Below, in pieces: positions 1-7,982 of a DNA stretch of 64,000 nucleotides (its first letter is position 1; each line of letters starts with the position of its first letter). The stretch lies in NCBI GenBank assembly GCA_963588175.1, contig CAVAGP010000005.1:6612-70611 (forward strand), read 5' to 3'. The notes below the pieces were generated by a model. That model was not told the origin of the DNA. It made no database searches and was given only the letters and a program-made list of their open reading frames with translations. Both the position numbers and the translations under genes were made by a program. The DNA comes from Faecalibacillus sp. GTDB taxonomy: Bacteria; Bacillota_I; Bacilli_A; RFN20; CAG-826.

Positions 1-171
1 GATGCCATCCTCAAACTCAAAGGCAAAGGCGTCAAGAACTTAAGGAGTAAAGCCCCAGGCGACATGTATCTTCACATGAAGCTTAAGACTCCGGAGAAAA
101 TGACTAGAACCCAAAAAGAACTTCTTGAGCAATATAGGGCCGAAGTGAGAGGCAAAAGCAAAAAACGCTAA
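1..171 (+). CDS. dnaJ: DnaJ co-chaperone, C-terminal fragment (5' end outside window)
   Basis: Frame 1 is open from base 1: DAILKLKGKGVKNLRSKAPGDMYLHMKLKTPEKMTRTQKELLEQYRAEVRGKSKKR, stop TAA 169-171. Resembles the conserved DnaJ C-terminal segment. rsmE and mtaB follow, as in the Bacillus dnaJ operon. Confidence 0.8.
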   Translation, partial: DAILKLKGKGVKNLRSKAPGDMYLHMKLKTPEKMTRTQKELLEQYRAEVRGKSKKR

Positions 172-268
172 AGATATCTAGTCTAAAAATATACTATTTG
201 ATAAACTTAATTAAAGGAAGAACCTAGCGTTCTTCTAGTCGCTTATCCTACGCGATGGAGAATTAACA

Positions 269-703
269 ATGCCAGTTTGCAAATATTGTGGTCGCAAAAT
301 CACAAATCAGGATTTCGATATCTGCCCTTACTGCGGCGAGAAAGATCCTATTGATGTCAAATACAAAACCAAAGATATAACATCTTTCATCGACCCAGTC
401 TCTGGAGAGCCTCTTTATAAGAGTAAATCCAAGAAGACCGCGGGAATATTGGAGATGTTCCTTGGGATTTTCGGTGTTGCCTCATTTTACCTAGGATTCA
501 AGATGAAGGGAATCGTCTCAATCATCATCACCGTCCTTTTGGTCGGTGGCCTCGGAACGGCATTGTTCTTTATCTTCCCAAGCCTCAAGCCATTGGGATT
601 CATCATTCCGTTCCTGCTCGTATTCTTATACCACTTTGCATATTCGTTCAAATATTTCCTTAAGGCGGATATCAAAGGCGCGGATGGAGAACTCTTGATC
701 TGA
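269..703 (+). CDS. zinc-ribbon plus TM2-domain membrane protein
   Basis: ATG preceded by GGAG. N-terminal CKYCG..CPYCG zinc ribbon. C-terminal half has two or three hydrophobic helices with a TM2-like GILEMFLGIFGVASFYLG segment. Confidence 0.7.
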   Translation: MPVCKYCGRKITNQDFDICPYCGEKDPIDVKYKTKDITSFIDPVSGEPLYKSKSKKTAGILEMFLGIFGVASFYLGFKMKGIVSIIITVLLVGGLGTALFFIFPSLKPLGFIIPFLLVFLYHFAYSFKYFLKADIKGADGELLI

Positions 704-1425
704 TGAGATTCTTCGGTGAAATAAAAAACAACAAAGCGATACTAGGTGATGGAGAACTCCACCATCTTTTTAATGTTATGAGACGCAAAGTCGGTGACCA
801 AATAGATGTTGTCTATGCGGGTGATACCTATAAATGCGAAATTACATCAATTAAACCTCTTAGCATCGATGTCATCGAGATAATTCAGGATGACTCTGAA
901 CTTCCCTGCGATTTGGTTTTGGCATTCGCCCTCCTTAAAGGCGGACATGATGAACTCGTCTATATGAAGGGTACGGAATTAGGCGTTTCATCTTTTGTCC
1001 CGTTTCTTTCTAGGCGCACGATAATCGAACTCCCGAAAGAGAAAGACAAGGAAAAGAAACTCGAAAGGGCAAGCAAAATCGTTAAAGGCGCATCTGAGCA
1101 ATCCCGCAGAACGGTAGTGCCGGAGGTTTATCCGATCTCAACGTTCAAGAATATCTTATCGATCAATGCCGACCACAAGCTCTTTGCCTATGAGAATGAA
1201 TCTCACACGGCAATCAGCATGAAATATGCTCTAAAAGACCTGAAAAAAGGAGAAACCACGTTGGTGGTCATTGGACCGGAAGGCGGATTTTCCCCAGAAG
1301 AAGTGGAACTCGCCAAAAGTTGTGGCTTCACATTCGTGTCTTTAGGCAAGAGAATCCTCAGGGCGGAGACCGCCTCTATTTTTGCTGCCTCCGTACATTC
1401 TCTTCTAGCAGAGGAGATCAAGTAA
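703..1425 (+). CDS. rsmE: 16S rRNA (uracil1498-N3)-methyltransferase RsmE
   Basis: 240 aa. C-terminal VIGPEGGFSPEEVE..LGKRILRAETA is the RsmE SPOUT signature. Lies between dnaJ and mtaB as in Bacillus (yqeU). Confidence 0.9.
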   Translation: MRFFGEIKNNKAILGDGELHHLFNVMRRKVGDQIDVVYAGDTYKCEITSIKPLSIDVIEIIQDDSELPCDLVLAFALLKGGHDELVYMKGTELGVSSFVPFLSRRTIIELPKEKDKEKKLERASKIVKGASEQSRRTVVPEVYPISTFKNILSINADHKLFAYENESHTAISMKYALKDLKKGETTLVVIGPEGGFSPEEVELAKSCGFTFVSLGKRILRAETASIFAASVHSLLAEEIK

Positions 1426-1428
1426 GCA

Positions 1429-2712
1429 ATGCTCAAATTCTACACGTTTTCTTTAGGCTGCAAGGTCAATTCCTATGAGAATGACCAGCTCCGAGACGCC
1501 TTGAGTAAAAGAGGCGATGTGGCAGTGGATGACCCATCAATTGCCGATGTCATCGTTTTAAACACGTGTTCCGTCACCGGCATGGCCGATAAGAAATCTA
1601 GACAGCACGCTAGACATTTTAGAACCTTGAATCCCAATGCGGTTTTAGTGGTTATGGGCTGCTATTCTTACGCTCACGCCCAAGAGACGCTGGAATGCGG
1701 GGCTAATATTGTTCTTGGCACCACAAATAGAAAGAAAATTCCAGAATACATCGACACTTTCCTTATCAACAAAGAGCCGATTGTCGACATCAAAAACAGC
1801 GTTAGAAACGAACTCTTTGAGGAAATGGGGCAAGTTAGTGCCGGGGAAAATACCCGCGCTTATCTAAAAGTCCAAGACGGATGCGATAACTACTGCACAT
1901 ATTGCATCATCCCTTCTTTAAGAGGCAATTCCAGAAGCAGAGACCCAGAGAATACGATCCACGAGGCTATCCGCATGGTCGAGAGAGGCTATAAGGAAAT
2001 AGTCATCACCGGAGTCCATATCTCCGCCTATGGCAAAGATTTGGGAGACGGCTCCTACCGCATGGGCGATTTGCTTGAGGACATCATCAAAGCCTGCCCG
2101 GATTTATATCGCCTTAGGATTTCTTCGATCGAGGATTCGGAAATCGATGACAAGATGCTCTCTTTATTAAGAAACAACAAGACCATTGTCTCTCATCTTC
2201 ATATGCCTCTTCAATCCGGCTCTGACCGAGTACTTAAGAGAATGAACCGCAAATACGATACGGAATACTTCTTGAATACGCTCAACAAGATTAGAGAAGC
2301 TAGGCCAGATATCGCGATAACTACCGATGTCATCGTAGGTTTCCCTGGAGAAACCGAGGAAGAGTTCTTAGAGACCATGGAATTCTGCAAGAAGGCTGCC
2401 TTTGCCGAGATTCACGTCTTCCCATTCTCCGCCAGGAAAGGCACACCGGCCGCTAGGATGAAAGACACTCCGCCAGATGTCAAGCGCGATAGAGTGCATC
2501 GCCTATTGGAGTTATCCAAAGAACTCAGGGCGGAGTACGAATCCAAATTCTTCGGACAATCTCTTGAAGTATTGTTCGAGGATTATGACGAGAAGAGGCA
2601 TAAAGCACGTGGCCATACAGGCAACTACCTATTGGTAGAAGTGGATTCCGACCATTCCCTGCATGGCGAGATTAAGCCCATCATTTATACTATGTCAAAT
2701 AAAGCGGATTAA
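1429..2712 (+). CDS. mtaB: tRNA t6A37 methylthiotransferase MtaB (radical SAM, MiaB-like)
   Basis: 427 aa. UPF0004 N-domain (GCKVN..LNTCSVT), radical-SAM CDNYCTYC and a TRAM-like C-terminus. Synteny with rsmE. Confidence 0.9.
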   Translation: MLKFYTFSLGCKVNSYENDQLRDALSKRGDVAVDDPSIADVIVLNTCSVTGMADKKSRQHARHFRTLNPNAVLVVMGCYSYAHAQETLECGANIVLGTTNRKKIPEYIDTFLINKEPIVDIKNSVRNELFEEMGQVSAGENTRAYLKVQDGCDNYCTYCIIPSLRGNSRSRDPENTIHEAIRMVERGYKEIVITGVHISAYGKDLGDGSYRMGDLLEDIIKACPDLYRLRISSIEDSEIDDKMLSLLRNNKTIVSHLHMPLQSGSDRVLKRMNRKYDTEYFLNTLNKIREARPDIAITTDVIVGFPGETEEEFLETMEFCKKAAFAEIHVFPFSARKGTPAARMKDTPPDVKRDRVHRLLELSKELRAEYESKFFGQSLEVLFEDYDEKRHKARGHTGNYLLVEVDSDHSLHGEIKPIIYTMSNKAD

Positions 2713-2761
2713 GAATCTATCGAACAAAATAGTGTTTTTTTAGACAATGTATGAAGATAGA

Positions 2762-2789
2762 TTGACTCTAGAAACCACCAATGTATAAT
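2762..2789 (+). promoter_or_regulatory. sigma-A-type promoter for rpmF (TTGACT-16-TATAAT, TG immediately upstream of the -10)
   Basis: TTGACT 2762-2767, TATAAT 2784-2789, about 33 nt upstream of the rpmF ATG. Confidence 0.45.
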
Positions 2790-2821
2790 ACCCACGTTGA
2801 AAAGAAAGGAAACTTGTAACA

Positions 2822-3007
2822 ATGGCAGTCCCTCAGAGAAGAACTTCAAAAACAGCTAAGAGATTAAGAAGAACACACTTCAAACTCTCAGTCACAGGTT
2901 TAGTTACATGCTCACACTGCGGCGCTCTCATCAGATCGCACCGTGTTTGCCCAGAATGTGGATATTATGACGGAAAAGACGTCCTCCACATGAAGAAAGC
3001 TGACTAA
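2822..3007 (+). CDS. rpmF: 50S ribosomal protein L32 (Cys-containing zinc-ribbon form)
   Basis: [22 protein letters not shown]... with CSHCG..CPECG. Confidence 0.95.
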   Translation: MAVPQRRTSKTAKRLRRTHFKLSVTGLVTCSHCGALIRSHRVCPECGYYDGKDVLHMKKAD

Positions 3008-3023
3008 TCTAATTGAACAAATC

Positions 3024-3050
3024 AAGACTGCCATCAGGCGGTCTTTTTTG
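3024..3050 (+). terminator. intrinsic terminator after rpmF
   Basis: aagactgcc-atca-ggcggtctt stem followed by TTTTT. Confidence 0.7.
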
Positions 3051-3113
3051 CTCGGCTTCGATATAGTTTGCAAACGATGGATTTTATTTTAAAATAACGG
3101 CGAGGTAAAAACT

Positions 3114-3779
3114 ATGAACTACAATCAATATTTTGACCACACATTGCTCAAAGCCGACGCAACGCTGGAGGAAATCAAGAAGCTTTGCGATGAGGCCAAG
3201 AAGTACGAATTCTGGTCCGTTTGCGTTAATCCGTTTTATGTGCCTGTAGCTAAGAAGTTATTGGAAGGAACGCCTGTCAAGGTATGCACGGTCGTTGGAT
3301 TCCCCCTTGGGCAGATGACCCCATCCGCCAAAGCGATGGAAGCCGCAGATGCCGTTTCGATGGGAGCGGATGAGGTGGATATGGTTCAGAATGTTGCCAT
3401 GGCTAAATCCGGGGACTTCGATTTTATCGAAAAAGAAGTCGCTGCGGTTAAGAAAGCCGTTGGGAGAAACCATCTCCTGAAAGTCATCTTGGAGACCTGT
3501 TATCTTAATGAGCAAGAGATTAAATGCTCATGCATCGCCGCGGTAAGAGGCGGGGCCAATTTCGTCAAGACCTCAACCGGATTCGGAAAAGGCGGCGCTA
3601 AGCCGGAAGATATCAAGCTTATGAGAGAGACGGTTGGCCCATATATCGGAGTCAAGGCAAGCGGCGGCATCCACACTAAAGAGGATATGATGGCCATGAT
3701 CGATAACGGTGCTTCTAGAATCGGGGCATCCGCATCCGTGAAAATCATGGAAGAACTTTCTGAAGACAAGAAAAAGTAA
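3114..3779 (+). CDS. deoC: deoxyribose-phosphate aldolase
   Basis: 221 aa. YFDHTLLK start, VCTVVGFPLG and KTSTGFG (Schiff-base Lys region) typical of DeoC. Confidence 0.9.
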   Translation: MNYNQYFDHTLLKADATLEEIKKLCDEAKKYEFWSVCVNPFYVPVAKKLLEGTPVKVCTVVGFPLGQMTPSAKAMEAADAVSMGADEVDMVQNVAMAKSGDFDFIEKEVAAVKKAVGRNHLLKVILETCYLNEQEIKCSCIAAVRGGANFVKTSTGFGKGGAKPEDIKLMRETVGPYIGVKASGGIHTKEDMMAMIDNGASRIGASASVKIMEELSEDKKK

Positions 3780-3796
3780 CGATTGATTCGATTATT

Positions 3797-3820
3797 AGGG
3801 GTACAGAAACCCCTTTTTCT
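3797..3820 (+). terminator. intrinsic terminator after deoC
   Basis: aggggt-acagaa-acccct followed by TTTTTCT. Confidence 0.7.
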
Positions 3821-3840
3821 CAAAAACTTGCATTATCTAT

Positions 3841-3869
3841 TTGCAAAAGGGTCTCTCAATACCTAAAAT
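3841..3869 (+). promoter_or_regulatory. candidate promoter for rpsU (TTGCAA-17-TAAAAT)
   Basis: TTGCAA 3841-3846, TAAAAT 3864-3869, 35 nt upstream of the rpsU ATG. Confidence 0.4.
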
Positions 3870-3903
3870 ATACACGCTGTTTGCAGGAAGGAAGTGATTA
3901 TCC

Positions 3904-4080
3904 ATGGCAATTAAAACTGTTCTCCGCGAAGGTGAATCCCTCGATGACGGCTTAAAGAGATGGAAACGCTCTGTCAATAAGAGCGGCGTGCTTCTTGAAT
4001 GCCGCAAACGTGAGTTCTTCTTAAAGACAGGACTTAAGAGAAAACAGAAGTCAGAAATGGCTCGCCGCAAAAAGTGGTAA
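3904..4080 (+). CDS. rpsU: 30S ribosomal protein S21 (missed by the ORF track, 58 aa)
   Basis: My translation from ATG 3904: [58 protein letters not shown], stop TAA 4078-4080. GGAAGGAAG Shine-Dalgarno upstream. Classic S21 sequence. Confidence 0.9.
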   Translation: MAIKTVLREGESLDDGLKRWKRSVNKSGVLLECRKREFFLKTGLKRKQKSEMARRKKW

Positions 4081-4085
4081 AAACC

Positions 4086-4113
4086 AGCCTCCAGTAACTT
4101 GGGGGCTTTTTTC
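4086..4113 (+). terminator. intrinsic terminator after rpsU
   Basis: agcctcca-gtaact-tgggggct (one G-U pair) followed by TTTTT. Confidence 0.7.
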
Positions 4114-4199
4114 TTGCCCAAAATGAGAAAATTAGCACTTTTTATCACTTTTTTATAAATTTTTGGGAAAAAATCTAAAAAACTCGTCTATGAATTAGT

Positions 4200-5381
4200 A
4201 TGAGGGATTTTATTTTTCAAGGCGACGAACATAGCTGCGGCTACGCCTGTGCAAGAATGTTCATTATGTTGAAGAAGAAGGATAGGAGCTTCCGATACCT
4301 TCGAATAGGGGATAGGCCCCCTTATAGTCTTTCAGCTCTCCAAAACCTCGCCAAGAGATGCGGGGTGGATTTAAGCTGGAAAAAGGCCGAAAGCGTTGAA
4401 AGCCTAAAGAACAACACCGCTTTTCCTCTTTTGCTTGTGCTAAAAGGAAATGAGCAGGACCACATGGCTCTTTTGAAAAAGAGTAGCAAGAAGAAGTTTC
4501 TTATTTACGATCCCGCCCGCGGAAAGGAATGGATTAAAAAGGACGAGATCATCAATAAGTGGACTGGCATTTTCGGAGATGGAGAGGTGTTTGACGATAA
4601 ACCATGCGAGGATAAAAAGCCCGATAAGCCAAATGCCTGGTTTTACATTACGTCCTTGCTCTTGCTCACCATTGGGATAGCCTCGCTAGGGGTTGGTTTC
4701 TACTTCCTCAATCAGGATGGCAACTTTTTGGTTCCGGTCATCATGTTTACTCTTTATGCCCTGACGGAAATCTTGAGAAGGAGATTGGCACTTTATTTCA
4801 TGAAAGAATTCGATAGGAGGTGTCTCCCTTATCTAAAAGGGTCGGATGGTTCCACGATCGAAGAGGATTTCCGGTTCTATCAATTATATAAGAAAGATGT
4901 ATTCTCGGATTTCGTCATTATGTCCGCCTCGCTATTAATAGTGGTGGCATTAGGAGTCTTGATCGGAATCAACTCCCCGTCATTCTTTATCTCAATGGCG
5001 GGACTGATATCCTACCGCATCATCTCCACCGTCTTTTTGGAGAGGAATATCAAGAAAGACGAAAGGGATTTAGAAGAGGAAGAAAGGGGCGGTATCAAGG
5101 ATAAGGACAAGGCATTTGAGAGAATCACATCGATTCAGGACAAGGCCTATTCAATCTCCTCGCAGATGGATTTTGGCAAGATAATCGAGACGATAATCGT
5201 TCTTCTCTTGTCTTTGATACCGTTTGTTGCCCAAGAAACGTTCAGCCTCAATTTCTACCTTCTGCATTTCTTCTCCTTGAGCGCTCTAAATTCGTCAATT
5301 CATGAGGTAAGCGAATACCACCTGAGAATGAGGGATAGGCAGAAGAATAAGGATTACTTCCTTAATTTCATCAAGAAATGA
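4200..5381 (+). CDS. peptidase C39-like domain fused to a multi-pass membrane domain, no ABC ATPase domain
   Basis: 393 aa. N-terminus QGDEHSCGYACARM (Gln7/Cys13), DHMALL (His88) and IYDPARGKEWIKKDEIINKWTG (Asp104) match the C39 bacteriocin-processing peptidase motifs. Five to six hydrophobic helices follow. The protein ends without Walker motifs. No obvious SD. Confidence 0.7.
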   Translation: MRDFIFQGDEHSCGYACARMFIMLKKKDRSFRYLRIGDRPPYSLSALQNLAKRCGVDLSWKKAESVESLKNNTAFPLLLVLKGNEQDHMALLKKSSKKKFLIYDPARGKEWIKKDEIINKWTGIFGDGEVFDDKPCEDKKPDKPNAWFYITSLLLLTIGIASLGVGFYFLNQDGNFLVPVIMFTLYALTEILRRRLALYFMKEFDRRCLPYLKGSDGSTIEEDFRFYQLYKKDVFSDFVIMSASLLIVVALGVLIGINSPSFFISMAGLISYRIISTVFLERNIKKDERDLEEEERGGIKDKDKAFERITSIQDKAYSISSQMDFGKIIETIIVLLLSLIPFVAQETFSLNFYLLHFFSLSALNSSIHEVSEYHLRMRDRQKNKDYFLNFIKK

Positions 5382-5393
5382 TATACTAACCGC

Positions 5394-5861
5394 ATGGAAA
5401 TTATTTTTGATTCTCCTTTTGGAGAAGAATACGACTGGTTGGAAGAAAGATACTCAGTCATCGCTAAAACCGCCTTTGAGATGCTTGGCATCAAGAAGAA
5501 CTACGAGATTGACGTGTCTTTGGTTGATGATGAGACGATTCACGAAATCAATAGGGACTATCGCGGGGTGGATAGGGTGACGGATGTCATCTCCTTCGCC
5601 TTCAACGATGACAAAGACCCAAAGAACGCGATCAATGGCGATGATACCCAGGTCATGCTTGGAGAGATATTAATCTCTCTTCCCCAGGCCATCAGGCAAG
5701 CCGCTGAAATCGGCAATAGCAAAGAAAGGGAACTGTCTTTCTTGTTCACCCATGGTCTTTTGCACCTTTTGGGCTATGACCACATGAAGAAAGAAGACGA
5801 GGAAATCATGTTCCCATTGCAGGAGAAAATATTGAGCGCAGCGATAGGAGAGAAGAAATGA
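5394..5861 (+). CDS. ybeY: rRNA maturation endoribonuclease YbeY
   Basis: 155 aa. HGLLHLLGYDH zinc-binding motif. Upstream of cdd-era as in Bacillus. Confidence 0.9.
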   Translation: MEIIFDSPFGEEYDWLEERYSVIAKTAFEMLGIKKNYEIDVSLVDDETIHEINRDYRGVDRVTDVISFAFNDDKDPKNAINGDDTQVMLGEILISLPQAIRQAAEIGNSKERELSFLFTHGLLHLLGYDHMKKEDEEIMFPLQEKILSAAIGEKK

Positions 5862-6256
5862 GCAAAGAAGAATTACTTAAAATCGCCAAGGATGCAAGAA
5901 GACTCTCATATTCCCCTTACTCCCATTTTGCCGTAGGGGCCGCGTTAGTTTGCTCCGATGGCAGCGTTTATGAAGGCGCGAATATCGAGAATGCCTCGTT
6001 TCCTTTGTGCATGTGCGGTGAGAGAAACGCCTTATACAACGCGATGATGGACGGAAAAACAAAGGATGACTTTGTGGCTCTGGCAATCGTGGCGGATTCC
6101 GAAGGCCCATGCAGCCCATGCGGTGCCTGCCGCCAGGTCTTGAGCGAACTCTTTCCGGAGGACGCTCCAATTTATCTTGGAAACCTTGAAGGCGATATCA
6201 AGGAAACCACCATCGCCGAACTCTTGCCTTTTGCATTCGACGGAGAAGATTTATGA
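5858..6256 (+). CDS. cdd: cytidine deaminase (homotetrameric type)
   Basis: 132 aa. CGERNA and PCGACRQ zinc motifs. 4-nt overlap with ybeY and era. Confidence 0.9.
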   Translation: MSKEELLKIAKDARRLSYSPYSHFAVGAALVCSDGSVYEGANIENASFPLCMCGERNALYNAMMDGKTKDDFVALAIVADSEGPCSPCGACRQVLSELFPEDAPIYLGNLEGDIKETTIAELLPFAFDGEDL

Positions 6257-7146
6257 AATCAGGATTCTGCGCAATACTTGGCCGCCCAAATGTCGGCAAA
6301 TCAACATTAATCAACGCTTTACTTTCTAAGAAAGTATCCATCGTTGCTCCTAAAGCCCAAACCACCCGTGATGACATCATGGGAATATATAACGAGAGAG
6401 GACTTCAGATCGTTTTCATCGACACCCCGGGGATGTTTGAAGGGCAAGAAGCTCTTTATAAGATAATGAACAAATCCGCTCGGCGCTCCATCTCGGATAT
6501 CGATGTCGTTTTGTATCTCATCGATTCCGCAATCAAAGACTATGAGCATGATGACAAGATCCTATCCTCCATCAAAACGGATAGGCCTATTTATATCGTC
6601 TTCAACAAAATCGATGAGGTCAGAGCCCCGGAGATGGAAGCGTTGATGAAACACTATGCCGAAACATTCCCAACATATAAGCAGCTTCAGATCTCCGCTT
6701 TGACGAATTTCGGATTGAAGGACATCAAAGATGCGGTGGCCTCTCATTTGGTGGAGGGCCCAGCCTTCTTCCCTGATGATCAGCTGACCGATAAAGATCC
6801 AAAATTTATGGCTAAAGAAGTCATTAGAGAAAAACTTCTTCATTTCCTTAAGCAGGAAGTCCCTCATCAATGCGCTGTTTTGATTACTAATTTCGAAGAA
6901 AATGGCAATAATGGCCTCAAGATTGAAGCGACCATCGTTACCGAAAAAGAGAAGCAGAAAGCCATCGTCATCGGAAAGAGTGGCGACATGATCAAGAAAA
7001 TCTCCATGGCCGCCCGCCATGACCTCGAGAAGATGTGGAAGAAGCACGTCACCCTATTGTGCGAGGTTGAGTGCATGCCGGATTGGAGAAATTCACCTAA
7101 CAAATTGATGAAACTCGGATATGGCGACGAGCAAGACGAAGATTGA
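6253..7146 (+). CDS. era: GTPase Era
   Basis: 297 aa. GRPNVGKST, DTPG, NKID, C-terminal KH domain. Confidence 0.95.
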   Translation: MKSGFCAILGRPNVGKSTLINALLSKKVSIVAPKAQTTRDDIMGIYNERGLQIVFIDTPGMFEGQEALYKIMNKSARRSISDIDVVLYLIDSAIKDYEHDDKILSSIKTDRPIYIVFNKIDEVRAPEMEALMKHYAETFPTYKQLQISALTNFGLKDIKDAVASHLVEGPAFFPDDQLTDKDPKFMAKEVIREKLLHFLKQEVPHQCAVLITNFEENGNNGLKIEATIVTEKEKQKAIVIGKSGDMIKKISMAARHDLEKMWKKHVTLLCEVECMPDWRNSPNKLMKLGYGDEQDED

Positions 7147-7858
7147 GACGATTGAGGGATACGTAATACGCATTTCTCCCTACAAAGAAAACGATGCGAT
7201 GGTCACGGTGCTCACCAGTGACGGAGTCCGTTCTTTTTCAGCCCACGGGATTGAAAAACACAATAGCAAAAATCTAGGAAGCACTAGAGCCCTCTCTTAT
7301 TCGAGATTCTCTTTAAGCGTAAAAGAAAATGGCGGTGCCTCTTTAAAAGAGAGCATGCCAATCACATATGTCGATGGCAAAAGCGATTTCACCAGGTTAT
7401 CTGCCATCTCATTTATCTTAGAGCTCACCCAAAAGATGGTCGAAGGCGAGGAGCATCATCAGAAATTCTTGTTGTTAGACGGTGCAATCAAGGCTCTTAA
7501 CCTCGATTTTGACCCTTTAACTATTTGCATGCTTTATTTTGCGGGTTTACTGAACGTAGAAGGCTATGGTCCAAACGTCGATGGATGCGCGGTGTGCGGC
7601 GAAAAACATAACATCGTCGGCTTCTCCTTCAAAGATGGCGGGTTCCTCTGCAAACAGCATTTGGATTCCGCCTACCACAAGAAGACGCCAAGAGAACTTA
7701 AAATCATCAGATACGCCTTCATGGTTGGCCCTGAGAACTACACGAGAATCGCCTTCGAGAAGAAGGAGTGCTTATCCCTCATCAGAGAGATGGCGGACCA
7801 CCTCGAAACCTTGACTAACACAAAACTCAATTCATTGCTTTTGTTATCAAAAGTGTAG
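7121..7858 (+). CDS. recO: DNA repair protein RecO
   Basis: 245 aa. OB-fold N-terminus and CAVCG zinc-finger region. Follows era as in Firmicutes. Confidence 0.85.
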   Translation: MATSKTKIETIEGYVIRISPYKENDAMVTVLTSDGVRSFSAHGIEKHNSKNLGSTRALSYSRFSLSVKENGGASLKESMPITYVDGKSDFTRLSAISFILELTQKMVEGEEHHQKFLLLDGAIKALNLDFDPLTICMLYFAGLLNVEGYGPNVDGCAVCGEKHNIVGFSFKDGGFLCKQHLDSAYHKKTPRELKIIRYAFMVGPENYTRIAFEKKECLSLIREMADHLETLTNTKLNSLLLLSKV

Positions 7859-7873
7859 TACCCTTATAATTGG

Positions 7874-7902
7874 TTGACAATCATTTTACCTCATAATAAT
7901 AT
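7874..7902 (+). promoter_or_regulatory. near-consensus promoter upstream of glyQS (TTGACA-17-TAATAT)
   Basis: TTGACA 7874-7879, 17-nt spacer, TAATAT 7897-7902. A second candidate, TTGTTA(7841)-18-TATAAT(7865-7870), lies just upstream. Confidence 0.5.
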
Positions 7903-7923
7903 TATGCGGTGTTTTGAGAAAGG

Positions 7924-7960
7924 GCACGCTTTAGGACATTTAAAGCCGTGCTTATTTTTT
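7924..7960 (+). terminator. terminator-like hairpin inside the glyQS leader (possible attenuator, or recO terminator)
   Basis: gcacgcttta / taaagccgtgc stem (10 bp, one bulge, 7-nt loop) followed by TTATTTTTT. Lies downstream of the promoter and about 22 nt before the glyQS ATG. Confidence 0.5.
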
Positions 7961-7982
7961 CTAAAATCGGGAGGAAATTTAA

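Noticed and set aside
217-235. Hairpin gaagaac-ctagc-gttcttc after dnaJ as a terminator
   Set aside because: It is a good 7-bp stem, but no U-tract follows (TAGTCGC). I cannot support it as an intrinsic terminator.
3837-4148. 103-aa minus-strand ORF from the track
   Set aside because: It is the antisense shadow of rpsU. The plus strand encodes an unmistakable S21 (3904-4080) with an SD, promoter and terminator. The minus ORF is Arg/Leu/Ser-rich nonsense without an SD.
6562-7047. Long antisense ORFs inside real genes (this one in era; also 10922-11329, 26246-26635, 27450-27926, 45982-46215, 55258-55692, 58033-58464 and others)
   Set aside because: All overlap strongly supported CDS on the opposite strand or in another frame. 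They have no SD and no recognisable motifs, and their composition is typical of shadow ORFs.
7860-7982. T-box riboswitch upstream of the glycyl-tRNA synthetase gene
   Set aside because: The leader is only ~75-105 nt, and I could find neither the conserved T-box sequence nor a Stem I/specifier-loop architecture. I kept it only as a generic attenuator candidate.
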